Position numbers and translations under genes: made by a program. 64,000 nucleotides of DNA from Anthoceros angustus (Eukaryota > Plantae > Anthocerotophyta). The stretch's first letter is position 1, and each line of letters opens with the position of its first letter. The notes under the pieces are model-generated. The model was not told the origin of the DNA, made no database searches, and saw nothing but the letters and a program-made list of their open reading frames with translations. The stretch covers positions 62,001 through 126,000 of the forward strand of contig VJWM01000260.1 of NCBI GenBank assembly GCA_010909165.1, in the 5' to 3' direction. This document shows positions 49,861 through 63,100 of this stretch, in pieces.

Positions 49861-51522
49861 CATGAGACATGTAACGAATCGACGAGCTTCATGACACTCT
49901 TGAGCTGCTTTCACACTATTTATGCTTAACTAAAATTGAACCAAACCCCTTCGAATAGATACAATGAACTGAATAATGATTTCTATTTATTTTAACCTTA
50001 TAGTTTAACTTTTATCGTTTCATATCGTTTTAGGATTTATTATATTTCCTCAGTTCAGCCGAATAATGGAGGATTTGCAAATAGTTTAATTCACAAATCA
50101 GTTCAATCTAAACTAAACACTACACTCCACCACATCAGCCAACCACATGCCACATCGGATTGTGTCCGAGTTCTAATTCAAGTAATTCAAATCCGCCATG
50201 TTGGTGGCATGGATGGTTCATTCATGTATCATCACTAGGCGCTGAAATGGCTTCTCAAGAGTGCGATTCAAGCTTTCAAAGCTCCGGTCTCATATCACAA
50301 ATGGGCTAGAGCATCTCCCACTGCTTGAATACATTGAGAGCTACTGGATTATGCCAATATAACTTGAAGAGGCAGAAGTTGCAACAACCTTAAGTAATAG
50401 AGGGAAGAATGGGCTTAAGCTCAATTATTATACTCAATTGAACTTGTTAAGGGCAATTAATTTTTTTAGCTTAAGAGTATTGAGTTTGGTTCTTAAGCTC
50501 AATAATTAATTACCTTTAATAAAATATTATTAACTAATCAACTCAGACGGCTGATTAGCAATTTGATTTTAGTAATTCCTAAGTTTTTAATTCTGGATGG
50601 CAATTCATCAGATAAACCCCGTTGAACAAAACTAAACAGAATTGCAAATCGCGCGTTGAGCCTAGATGGATTAACAGTTGGACTTCGTGAATTGAATTGT
50701 AATGTGGTTCATACTAACTTCGAGTGTTGTAGTTCCTTTTCTATTTGTTTTCAAATAGAAGTTCTTTAAATGCCCTTGTAGCCTAGCTTGCCCCATAGGC
50801 CATTATGCCTACTTTTGCTTGTTGGAATTCCACCATCATTTCCTTAATTATAGTCACTGTAGGTCACGTTAGGAATGCCCCCACTCGGGCCGCCCCATCG
50901 TAGTGCCTCACCCGGCCGCGAATGCCCGCAAATGGCTGCACTTCGCCGTGAATGCCCCTCTTGACTTGCCGTGAATTCCCCACGCAGCCCGCATTCAACC
51001 ACATCAGATTCTTGCCCACATCCAACCACACCAAATTCTTGCAGCACATGAGTGTATGCCCCATCCAAATTGTCTTCTCATGAGAGGTAAGAAAGACACT
51101 TAAGTGCCTTCCTCTCATTAGAAGTAGGAAAGGCAAGTGTTTGCCTTCCCTCATGGGAGGCAAGAGAGGTGACTTCTTGAGACAAGAGCCAAAATGAAGA
51201 GCCCTAACTCGAATCAACTAATCATCTTTACGCCTGTTCAAGAGGGGCCTTATGTTTCTAAGATTTTTTTTTAATTTGGTATTTTGAATATAAATCAAAA
51301 CAACCCCGGGGGAGAAATCTTCAGCAGAGGTTCTGATTCCCCTATGTTACACATCGTATTATCCTAACAGGAAGAGACTATACTCTTCCCAAGGTCATCT
51401 AAATACGTGCCTAGATACCATCACAGGTTATGTGGGACTTGGGAAAAACTCCCTCACCCACTAAAACTCCCCACCTTTACCTTTGCTAGAGAATAAGGGC
51501 TGCCATACATTGCTGCGTTGGC

Positions 51523-53520
51523 TCCAATATGTTTCTAAGATGAGGATTCTTAAAATCTTCATGAGATCTTATCCCTTTGTCACAAGCCATGCGAACATCT
51601 AGAAGAGCATGTCTCTGATATTACCCATAGTCACTACATGAACTCTGGGTTGGGCTCTCCAATGTCACTTAAATTGGACATCATGCTTGTCTCACACTTT
51701 ACCCTTCTACTGTACAATCAAGATGTAGATTGTCTTTACCCTTCTGCTGTACAGTCAAGATGTAAATTGCTCCATCGTCCTCAATGACAACAATAAGCTA
51801 TTGCAAAAAAGCCCCAAAATGGGTTGGCGGGTGTAAGCATAGTTTGGTGATACACTTTAGTACCATATGGCTTGGTACACTCGGTTACTTTGAAAAGAAG
51901 AGAGAGATGTGAGAGAGTGAATTTACGTTTCCATTAACATAATATTTCAATGTATTTTAGTTTTACTTTAATATACTTTAATGCTACTATTATTTTACTT
52001 TAATATACTTTATTCTTTTTGATTTCTTTTATCCGTTGATAAGTCAACCACGCTTACCCCAATTTGACCTCACGTGGATGCACTCCCGCTATTGCCATCC
52101 GGGCCCGCCGAGACAAACCCTGGATGCATCTCTTGCACTTGCTTGCTCACATCGGCCGATAGTCGCGCCGGCGGGCTTCGACATTCTGCTATTCCAATAT
52201 GTTTCTAAGATGAGGATTCTTAAAATCTTCATGAGATCTTATCCCTTTGTCACAAGCCATGCGAACATCTAGAAGAGCATGTCTCGATATTACCCATAGT
52301 CACTACATGAACTGGGTTGGGCTCCAATGTCACTTAAATTGGACATCATGCTTGTCTCACACTTTACCCTTCTCTGTACAATCAAGATGTAGATTGTCTT
52401 TACCCTTCTCTGTACAATCAAGATGTAAATTGCTCCATCGTCCTCAATGACAACAATAAGCTATTGCAAAAAAGCCCCAAAATGGGTTGGCGGGTGTAAG
52501 CATAGTTTGGTGATACACTTTAGTACCATATGGCTTGGTACACTCGGTTACTTTGAAAAGAAGAGAGAGATGTGAGAGAGTGAATTCGTTTCCATTAACA
52601 TAATATTTCAATGTATTTTAGTTTTACTTTAATATACTTTAATGCTACTATTATTTTACTTTAATATACTTTATTCTTTTTGATTTCTTTATCCGTTGAT
52701 AAGTCAACCACGCTTACCCCAATTTGACCTCACGTGGATGCACTCGCTATTGCCATCCGGGCCCGCCGAGACAAACCACGGATGCATCTCTTGCACTTGC
52801 TTGCTCACATCGGCCGATAGTCGCGCCGGCGGGCTTCGACATTCTGCTATTCCAATATGTTTCTAAGATGAGGATTCTTAAAATCTTCATGAGATCTTAT
52901 CCCTTTGTCACAAGCCATGCGAACATCTAGAAGAGCATGTCTCTGATATTACCCATAGTCACTACATGAACTCTGGGTTGGGCTCTCCAATGTCACTTAA
53001 ATTGGACATCATGCTTGTCTCACACTTTACCCTTCTACTGTACAATCAAGATGTAGATTGTCTTTACCCTTCTGCTGTACAGTCAAGATGTAAATTGCTC
53101 CATGCGTCCTCAATGACAACAATAAGCTATTGCAAAGCTGGCCCCAAAATGGGTTGGCAGAGCTGGGTGTAAGCATAGTTTGGTGATACACTTTAGTACC
53201 ATATGGCTTGGTACACTCGGTTACTTTGAAAAGAAGAGAGAGATGTGAGAGAGTGAATTTACGTTTCCATTAACATAATATTTCAATGTATTTTAGTTTT
53301 ACTTTAATATACTTTAATGCTACTATTATTTTACTTTAATATACTTTATTCTTTTTCAGTTCTCTTTTTATCCGGTGATAAGTCAACCAGCCGCTTACCC
53401 CAATTTCAGCCTCACGCGTGGATGCACTCCCGCTATTGCCATCCCGGGCCCCGCCCTGAGACAAACCCTGGATGCATCTCTTGCACTTGCTTGCTCACAT
53501 CTGGCCGATAGTCGCGCCCA
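51523..53520. repeat. Three tandem copies of a ~660-bp unit
   Basis: ccaatatgtttctaagatgaggattcttaaaatc at ~51524, ~52192 and ~52852; the copies differ mostly by small indels. Confidence 0.92.
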
Positions 53521-53539
53521 GGACGCAGGCTCAGCACAT

Positions 53540-54080
53540 TGCGCGCTCGAGTTCTGGCAGTTGTAATCAACCCTTGTGTGCAGTTTTGTGGGTAATTACC
53601 CTTGTGTGCTGGAAACGGGCTCATACTATCGCACTCAAGCTTCGGCGATTGTATCAGCGCTTGTATGCAGTTTTGTGGGTAATTAGGCTTCTGTGTAGCC
53701 ATCAGCCGCAGCCTAGTGTGCGGCGATCAGCATTGTGTGAGGTAATCAGCCTTGTGTGCAATTTTGTGGGTGATCAGCTGCCTTGTGTGCACTAATTAGC
53801 CATGTGTGCATGTATCATCCTTGTGTGCAGTTTTGTGGCTAAATAGCCTTGTGTGCTTTGTGTGCGGTGTGTGCCTTTGTGCTACCTTGTGAGCTATGTA
53901 GGGCTTCTGTAAGAAGCCCTCCCTTCCCTTATGTGCAGGACACGGGCTTACCACATACAAGCTCGAGCTGCGGCGGCTGGAATCAATGGTAGCCTAGTGT
54001 GCGGCGATCAGCAGTGCGTGAGGTAATCAGCCTTGTGTGCAATTTTGTGGGTGATCAGTTGCCTTGTGTACACTAATCAG
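53540..54080. repeat. Degenerate short repeats (ttgtgtgcaRttttgtggg core)
   Basis: The core recurs several times; 53712-53790 is duplicated at ~53990-54075. Confidence 0.7.
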
Positions 54081-56398
54081 CGTGGAGCTCTCCAGGTATT
54101 CAACATTCCTCTGTAGTTATTTTGTTAGATGATTCACATGGACAAATCTACGTTATTACACAAATTAAATAAACGAGGAAGTATTTACTGTTACTCATAC
54201 ATCAGGATAAACCTACACTTTGATGCACTAGTACCATGGAGAGAGCCTCTCGCATGCATCCCCATACTCATGCACATTATATTTGTCCCAACTTGGTGAT
54301 GTGGGTATCTATCCAAATAAAGGCCAATGGCTGCAAAGTTGGGAAGAGTAAGTGGGACAAAGTCTCCAAGCTGCAAAACGTAGGCAAAAATGACAGACCA
54401 AAACGAAGGCATGTATTATCCTCCTCAACCCCTGCCCATGTTCTTTGCGACGACATTACAAACATAGAAAGCGACGACAGTTGGAGATACATCCACAGAC
54501 AGTGATAACAGTAGGAGATGTATCTTCTAGGATTTCTGCTCTATGATCGTTTACAATTGCAATTGTTGTCTCTTCTAGTCCTGAGGGTTTTCAAACCGCT
54601 ATCGTCTTCTCTGGTTTTTTGTTTTGTCCTTTTGAGGCCTGAAGCATTGCACTATTGAGTACTAAGTCCTAGATTCTATGCTAAACAATAAAAGCACGTA
54701 TCTTTTTTTTACGAAATCATTGATCATATATGCCGCCCTTATAGGATTTTGATCATTGATCTTCAGAAAATTTTGCTGAATTATAGCCACAATCTCATCT
54801 TTATGAACTTATCATTATACCTTCATTCTAATATCAGCCTGACCTTGACGAAGATTTATGGCAGACTTTAAGATTTGTGGACGATTGTTTTGGTTTCAAC
54901 ATTGGACTCTCGATGCCGCATACCTGAATTTGATAGTGGCTCATAGTGGTTGGTAGGTTTTATTTGTAGCTTAATGTCGGCCATCGGCCTTGACGTGCAT
55001 GAATCAGCAATGGCAAGATTCTGTACTAGAAAAGGGCAACCATGTTACACTTTATGTTAAGATTTGGACCCCGAACTGCATTGTTGCAATTGGCGTGCGC
55101 AATTGTTAGCAAAACTATTAGTAAGTTATAGTAATGGCTTATGACTTGCTCGTGGAGACTGCGCATCCTTGTAATTTGCAGGACAAGCATTGAATTGGCA
55201 GTAATTTATCGTGGTAAGTACAAGATGAGTCGTGCTTCGAGTTTCTTGAAGTGACTACAAAATAGTCTCAAGTGTACGAACTCTCACAAGTATCATCTTC
55301 TACTACGTGTTGAGTATGCAAGGTAGGAGGCTTAGACTCGCACCCCTCTTGCCTTGATCAAATTAACTCGCTGATTAGAAGAACTTACATAGGTCCCCTT
55401 TGCCATTGGTAACAACATTGAACTTTGACCAGCTAGGGTGCTCACTTCTTCGTTTTTGCCCGTCTGCTGTTCTTCAGCTTTGTTTCGTTGCTCAGCTTGG
55501 CTCCATGTTGAGAACTCAAATGTATATTCATTTTTTATAGAGTGGCTTAATTCTTTAGGAAAAATTTCTCTCACATGAGAATTCAACGTGCCCATTACAA
55601 TGTTGAAGACATCTTACTAGTATGAATCTTGATAGATAATCGATGCCCGTGTCAAACTATTCCCGGAGGAAACCAATTTCAACTATAAAACATGACATAA
55701 ATAGATTTAGTCGGAGCACTTGACATCTATAATTTGGGACCTTTTTTTTTAGCGAATTTGAGACTTTACATAAGATATTTCAAAATATGCATGGAAGTCT
55801 CGCAATGGGATTTCATCAAGAGTGGTCCCGTAGAGTGCGATCACATGGAATATGAAGTAAGCCTTTGTTGAGGTATATTCATTTCCAACCTTTTATGTGA
55901 GCTTAGTTATTTCAGTAAGTGCATTCTGTTTTAGGATATTTACTTCAAACCTTATCTGTAAAAAATTACTACGGTTGTAAGACTACCCATTCGGTCAGAC
56001 TTTGTGGTAGAAGGTTCTGAGTATGTAGTCCATTTCCACTTCGGGGCCGCTAGGGGGGCTGACGTTATAACGCAACCAGCAATCACGCGTACATGTATAT
56101 CTTAGGTGGGATATGAAGATCGGAATCTGGTCGTGGAGCGGTTAGCGCACCAATTTTAGAACCTTATTTATAAAAATATGATTTATTCTGGCTGATTATT
56201 GGTACATTGATCCGCAAACATTCAGACTATAGGGGGCTACAGGAGAAGAAAAATTGATTTGGGAACATGTGGTGAGCGCTGCGGGCTCGTAACCCGCATG
56301 ATGTCGTGGAGTCGAGTCACCAAACGCGTCAGAGCAGGGATCCCGTGGTCTCCAAGCGTCCAGACCAAGCAAGGAAACGCCATCCGGTGAGCTCGCGC

Positions 56399-56558
56399 CA
56401 CGTGCCAGTTTCTGAGCTGAGCAAGCAGCGAAGTTACCCACCTCGATCATTCTGCGGCGTCAGCAGCAGGCGCCGGACCTGATAATGCAAAGCACAGTGC
56501 GCGGCGGGGCCCGCCCTGACGTGGCCTCTATCCCCCTCCTCCCTTTCAGGATATAAAT
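56399..56558 (+). promoter_or_regulatory. Probable promoter of the J8-like gene: G-box, TGACGTGG and TATA box
   Basis: CACGTG at 56399-56404, TGACGTGG at 56517-56524 and TATAAAT at 56552-56558, followed by a CT-rich leader and the ATG at 56882. Confidence 0.6.
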
Positions 56559-56881
56559 CAGGCCCGTAACTCTTTCCTCTTCTCCGCCCTGTCTTCATTT
56601 TCGCGTCTCGGTTTGCCGTCGCCCTCGCTTTACCTTTGCGCCTCGGTCGTCTCCGCGTCCCCTTCACCTCACGCACTGGGCGTTTTCCCTTTTGTGGCTG
56701 CAGATTGTCCCCGTCCTGGTGCGCACTGTAGCTTCGTACCAGGGTCTGCATTGCCGCCGCTGCCCGCTCACATCGCGGGGCATCGCTACCGAGAACCTGT
56801 AGCTACAAAGCCAGCTAGGTTGAGGAAGGAGGAGTGAATTGCAGCAGGGAGTTTGCGGATTACGCATATCACGAATTCGAC

Positions 56882-57555
56882 ATGGCGCAGGCTGCGGCAG
56901 GCTCGTCTTGGATCCAGCAGATGCAGTCCGTTTCCTCCAGCGCTGCCAGCCCCCCCGGGCAGGCCGGTTCCAAGGGCATAAAGTGCCGTCAGAGAATTTC
57001 TGTCAGAGCGCATGCCGGGAGCCCTTCCCCCTCCTCCTCCTCCCCCTTCTCCTCCTCCCTGGATGACTACGAGGTGCTCGGAGTCTCGCATGGCGCGTCC
57101 AAGACGGATGTCAAGAGTGCGTATAGGCGGCTCGCTTTGCAGGTGACAGCCCTGGCTCCAGGTTCCACTGAAGTCGTCGTTGATTGCGGATGATGCTTGC
57201 CTGGTTTTGTTGCTGACACGCCTTCTTGTACTACAGTTCCATCCCGATGTGTGCAAAGGAGACCACTGCGAGATGAAGTTCAAGCGAGTGCAGACGGCCT
57301 ACGAGGTACGGTCAATTAGGGCCAATTTCGCTGGTGGGGTTAATTTGTGATTCCGGCGGACTTGAGGGATGAACTTATCTTGCAACTGCTCTTTCTTGGC
57401 AGGGTGTTGTCAGGCAACTCGATGAGGCCGACACGGCAGAGGATCTCACGGATTTCTGCTGGGAGGGTATGATGGGAGTAGGCGATGAGTCGTGGAGCGA
57501 GTGGGAGGAGTGGATGGGATTTGAGGGAGGCGTGCCCGACATTCAATTTCATTAG
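56882..57555 (+). CDS. Chaperone protein DnaJ 8-like (J8/DJC22-like), chloroplastic, 160 aa
   Basis: Exons 56882-57142, 57237-57305 and 57403-57555 (GT-AG): transit-peptide-like N-terminus, DYEVLGVSHGASKTDVKSAYRRLALQ|FHPDVCKGDHCEMKFKRVQTAYE|GVVRQL...WSEWEEWMGFEGG. HPDVC and WEEWMGxEG are hallmarks of Arabidopsis J8. Confidence 0.9.
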
Positions 57556-58387
57556 CACCAGGTGCTCTGTACAGCGAGTCGTTGTGGCTTGATTCTTTTT
57601 TTTTGGCGTTCAAGGTCGAGACATCGGGGATGCTTCCCGGCCTGAGGATCTGATTACCGGACGGGACTTTTCGTTGATCCATCAAATTGGTGATCTGCCG
57701 TCTGGGTCTTGTAGTCTGTAAATTGGTAGTTTCTTCGGGTGCCTCCTGACATATGTCCCATGGAGGCCTGTACAGTCACAGGTAAAGCTGATTAGGTATC
57801 TGGCTACCTGCTCCCTAGGCTTTTTAGCTTGAGATATCGGGGAAGCTTGCCTTGTACGCCTTACCAACAGCTTATTTGCAATTCGACGACAAATCATCGG
57901 TGGACCCCTCTGGTCCCCCTTCACTGTATTCGGTATAGGTATTCGCATTGTGTCTAAGTCTGGTCCACTTTCTGGCCGGTCTTTGGGTGCAATTTCGTCG
58001 CATTCTATGGACTGGGCCCGTGGCCTACTTGTTGCAAAAATCTGAAGGAGCTTTTCACGTCCATCAACATGTGCGTTTACCAAGTCATGTATGCTTTGCT
58101 TCGGTGTGAAAGCCCTGTCAAGATGCTAACAACAAACCCACGAATTCCACATGGTATATACGAAAGTAAGAAAATCTGGGGAAGAAAAGAAGCAAGATTG
58201 ACTAGGTAAAGGTGCAGCTGTATGTCGTGTTTCATTAGGTGGGTATATTAGGTAGTTCAAAATGAAGTTCACCAATACATGGGACTCGGAGTCATAAAAG
58301 TTTCAGTTTGTTTGAGGCAAAATCGCTGCTGCCCCACATCAATCACAGTGCCTAAATCCCTCACATATGGTAATTCTACGCTAATTC

Positions 58388-59308
58388 TCATGGCCTATGA
58401 GTGCGAGGTGTAACAAAAAACTGGTACTTGTTTGAAGCAGGGTCTATGACAACATGGAAAGCGTAAAACTGGGTGAACACTCCGATGATGAGGGCTATGA
58501 GGACAACGAGGATGGGCAGAACACAATATACCCTGGGGGTGAGTTTTGGTGACCTTCTTGTTGGTTTCTTGACAGCTCTCTGCCTCACGGCCTTTGGAAC
58601 TTGCCCCTTCTGAGTTTCTTCCAAGTTGTTGTCTTGTGCGCCTTCTGGTACCGGTGGTGGTGATTCTGGTGCTGCTACTACCTCTCCAGCTTCCATTGGG
58701 AAGTCCATCTCAATCTCCTTGTCGGGGACACTGGCAGTCGTTACCGAAGGGCTATCAGTTACTTGAGCTTCCATTTTAGCCCTCAATGCTGCTGCCTGTC
58801 TTGATCGAGTTGTGACGGAGGGGGAGTTCAGATTGGGACTTGAATATTTGGCTGGCGACGCCTCCTGCAGACAGAATTGAAATGCGCTGTTAGTTAATTT
58901 GCGCTTTCTAAGTTGCATGTTTCGTGGCCAAGAAGCCTTGAGCTTGTAAGTCTTGAGCAACCAGAGCGCAGCAGGGCAGAACCTTCTTCCTCCTCGGTTT
59001 TGCCTGCTTCGGTTCCGCTACAATTGAGTCGTCTCCTAATTGCGTACCGCCGATGTTGATGTTCGGTGTCTGCATTGCCAAATTTCTGTAGTACTGCTTT
59101 GTTTGCTTCTGCAAGTCGAAACCATCCAGTCATAAAACACAGAAACGTCGCCAGGAATCGCTGCAACAGGAACGGAAGAAATTAATCGTACACCGACCGA
59201 GCTTGGAAGTGATACTTTGTTCTTAGTGAGCCATGAAATAAGCTCTGGCACGGTCATGGCCATCAACTCCTCCAAAGGCGTATCAGCAACCACGGGTCCG
59301 CTATCCAT
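58388..59308 (-). CDS. LEM-like/HeH-domain single-pass membrane protein (LAP2beta/emerin-type architecture), 237 aa
   Basis: Exons 59308-59198, 59108-58983 and 58864-58388; both introns GT-AG, phase 0; start context acaATGg. Spliced N-terminus LEELMAMTVPELISWLTKNKVSLPSS|KQTKQYYRNLAMQ, basic clusters KPRRKK and KKPTRRSPK, hydrophobic helix VYCVLPILVVLIALIIGVFTQFYAF, short tail. Confidence 0.8.
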
Positions 59309-60132
59309 TGTTCCAGAATACAAATAAAGCTCCGCAGGCAGAAACGCAGAGCGATATGCAGTACTAGTTACAGAGTTCTCAACCGAGCAATATGCTAGGC
59401 CAAGGAATAAGGCTTAGCCTCCAGCCAATCACTCACTCTTTCACCTTTGGTCGACTCGGGACCTGTCTCACCACGGATATATCAGAAACCACTAACAAAG
59501 AAGGATCTCAATTCTGAAACAAGAGAGGCAGAATATCACAACGGTCACACTGTTACACACCCTGAGCAGCGCGCCTGTCTATCATAGTGAACAAGAATGT
59601 GCTACGAGGCGGACAAGAAGGGATTAAGAAGGGACTATCAAGGAAAAAAGAGCCGTTTCAATCAGACACCAACCTCGCATCTAAGTTTCCCCCAACTGGC
59701 AGCATTTACGTCCAAATCTGCTTCCTCCTACAGGTCTGAGAAAGGAGGTGACGGCAGAGGCTGTATTTCTTGTGCCCCGGCCAGACTACTGTTCATTGGC
59801 TCGTCTTGCTACAAGCACAGACGCGCGCATTCCCGCCTTTGGCAGTCGGATGGACCGGTTCCAAGATCGGTAGTGTGGACAGTGGCGTGTGGAGCTCTGG
59901 GAGCGAGTACTTCGGGGTTGCGAAGGAAAGAGAGTTTGAATCGCCCGGAAAACGGTCCACGGTCCTCCTAACATGACAACGTAGACCAGACCGGTGGAAG
60001 TTACCTAACCGCAGTCCATCCTTGGGATTGCTAACTACTTACAAAGCTCCGACCCACTAACAACGTTGCAATACATTGACGATGAATTAGTGCTTCATGT
60101 ACAAGACTTCTTGCATCCCTGCTGGTTGAGCC

Positions 60133-63100
60133 TCACCCTTCCTCTTCGCTGTCGTAATCTTCATCGTCACCGAATGTGAACAGAGACGCATCAGCTGCAT
60201 TTGCAGCAGCCATGGCTTTGAAGTCGCTACCGGTGGCACTATCGTCGGGCTGCTCCACTCCGCTCGTCTCGGCACCAGCCGGGACCTCGTGACCCGGCTC
60301 TTTACCGTCTGCTGCACTGCCCACCACCTCCTGCGGGGACGACGGGATCTCCTTTTGAGGAGGTTCACCTGGAGCCACCTCGGTGCCCCCACTTGTCTGC
60401 TCTACCCTCTCAACACCCTGTCCAGCCTTGGACACTTCATGGGAAACCCTGTCCGCTTCCTTGGCTGCACCTTCAGTGGCCCCGGCTGCTGAAGCACCTT
60501 CTGCATTGTCCGCACTACTGGGCTTCGCACCAACCACCCAAGGGTTTTGTGTAATCCGCACCCTGTCCATGGCGTTACGCATACTTGACAAGGCATTGGA
60601 GAAGGCCCCAAGAGAGTTGCTACTTGGAACTTCACCTTCTTCACTTTGTTGAGACTTGCTTTCTAGTTCCTTCTCCTCTGTCGGCTTCTCCTCCTTCTGT
60701 ACAGCCCTCTTGGAGCTTCTATGAGACCCAGACTTGCTGCCTTCTTCTCCGTCGCTGTCGGAGAAAATATCGTCAGCTTTGGCATCTCCAACTGCACCTG
60801 TGCTTTCTTGACTTCCCAGTTGCTCTGCAGGTTTCGCTGACGGTGGAGCAACAGCAGGTTGGGCTGTTTGCACCGGTCTTCTGGCAGGAAGTGGTGCATC
60901 GAAATCCAAAATCACTACCTCAACTTGAAAACCTGGTGAAGGTAGTTTTCGCTGCACATTCAGTGGGTGCGGGTGAGGGCAGTGTTCACTGGTTAAAGGG
61001 CATCCACAATCCTAGAGAGAGAATGTCACCTTGTCAAACCCATCGAGTTCAAGTGAGTTCAGTATCAACCGGTTTTCCATCATATTTGTGTTCAGCCAGC
61101 TGATAAGAACAACGTCATGGACCAGGGTAAGATTCGGACACATTGCAAGGAAATGAAAAAACACTTGAACTTCATTTACAGAGGAGTCAGACCAACCAGT
61201 AGAAATCACCATGCCGATCTTGGAAATGAACTTTAAAATCCCCATTCAGTTCAGCAACGCAACGTTCACCGGGTAAGGCGAAAACTACAATGCCTTTCCT
61301 TGGCGCGTTAAACCAGAAGTCATCTGGCTGCCCGGCCAAAAGGTCACAGACAGGGACAACGGAATTCAGATGTCGGAGATTGCTTAGAGCCTCACAATCA
61401 ACCAACGCTAATTATAAGCAAGAGACGGCCCACCATCATGTCTTTTGTCCTCGGATGCTTCTTTGTTGAAAACAGCACACCTGATTAGCAACAGCCATTC
61501 TGCAGCTTTAGAAAGGCGGAAACCAAAAGGAGTGGAGTGTTCGCAAGGAGAGAGAGAGTCATCGGTCGATCCTACTTACCATTGTGATCAGATATCGTAA
61601 TGGCAGGCCGGATCCAATAAGGACACTTGTGAAGACGTATCCCCCTGAAGATACACCTGAGAAGGGGACGTACGGAAATGATCGTACAGTGTGTAAGGAG
61701 CCGCTTGGACAAAGTTTCAGCAAACGGCTGGAAATGATGGAGCAACAGTTCAGATACCAACTTTCTGACACTTGAAGTTTCTCCGTTGAAGTCACGTAGG
61801 ATTCGTTCAAAGTACTTAACATACCGCTGACATAGTTGTCACAAAAACACCAAATAAAACTGAGTCAGAAGAGCAAGCATGCGTCCCCCCCTAAGGTACA
61901 ACTATGTGAACGTGACAGAAGGCCTATTCATTTCAAACACTACCTGTGCAGAAATTTTGGAGAGAGAGTGCTCACCACTTGACTGGGCAGGATGAGTCCT
62001 CTCCCATCTACACATCTCTTCTGGTTATAGTACTGAATCGATTCTTCAGCTGTAGGAAAGAACTGCACAAGAAAAAAGCCACTTAAGATATGACCAGCGC
62101 TACTAACTAGGTGCCAAGCAGTAGGAGATAACAAAACTTGATCTCCGCCAATCCACAGGACCTAGTACTGTGTTCAGAGACATTTTTCATACCTTCAGGT
62201 AAAGAAGAAGGGAAGATATCATAAGGCCAGTCCTTGCTTTTCCAGCTTTACAATGAACCACAACCACGTTCTCCAAATCCCCCTTCAGCCAAGAGTAGGC
62301 ACTTTGACAGAAGGCGCCAATCAAATGCAATGGCGGACAATTGTGGTCATTAAAGGGGAAGCAAGCCACCTGATTCATTTAATTGCGAAATAAATTTAGC
62401 CACTTCTCATAAATCCTTACAAACAGACTCTGAAGGGCTGCTGCATTGAACATGACGGAGTGTAAAATTCTCTTTTACCTTGCCTTCGAACAAAGCAGCA
62501 TCATACAACCGCTCAGAGCAAAGATTGTAGACCTTGTACTTGCCCTGTAGCAAAGATTGCACGTGAGAAAAGCCACCTGGTCCAACCCAGAACCAAACCT
62601 ACCTCATGCAACCTGGTCTCACCTTATGACGTGTCTCAAAAAACTGAACAACATCTTCCATGTGGTTGCGATAGAGACCCTGCAACGATAAACGTGGGAC
62701 TCGTCAACCTGTTGGGCGACATCAACCTTGGCCGCCTTCGTAATCACAGGATAATCACAGACGAGACAGACTTCATCTACCTCCACATAACCAAGAAAGC
62801 CTGAGCTGATGTCCCCAGCTGGGAAACCCATGGCGATAACGTTCTCTGTGATGTATGTCATATCCAGGTCAAAAGTTCCCTCCTGCACGATTAAAACACA
62901 TGTTTTTCCTTGGCCCATCATCACTCATGAGTATCCTTACTAGCGTGAATGAAAGGCAAAGTCTCCAGGACTGATGGGTGAAGCCACCTGATAACGTCTT
63001 TTGTTTTGAGACACCATGTGCCTTGCTTTGATTTGGACGACTTTCACTGCATTCCTTGACGTGTCCAAAAAGCCCTTGGTGAAGGTCCCCAGAGCACCCT

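Noticed and set aside
54191-54505. Possible Helitron helicase fragment (TLPNFAAIGLYLDRYP)
   Set aside because: Resemblance too weak and no flanking helicase motifs.
56125-56165. tRNA-like D-arm text (ggtcgtggagcggttagcgcacc)
   Set aside because: No T-arm/B-box or acceptor stem.
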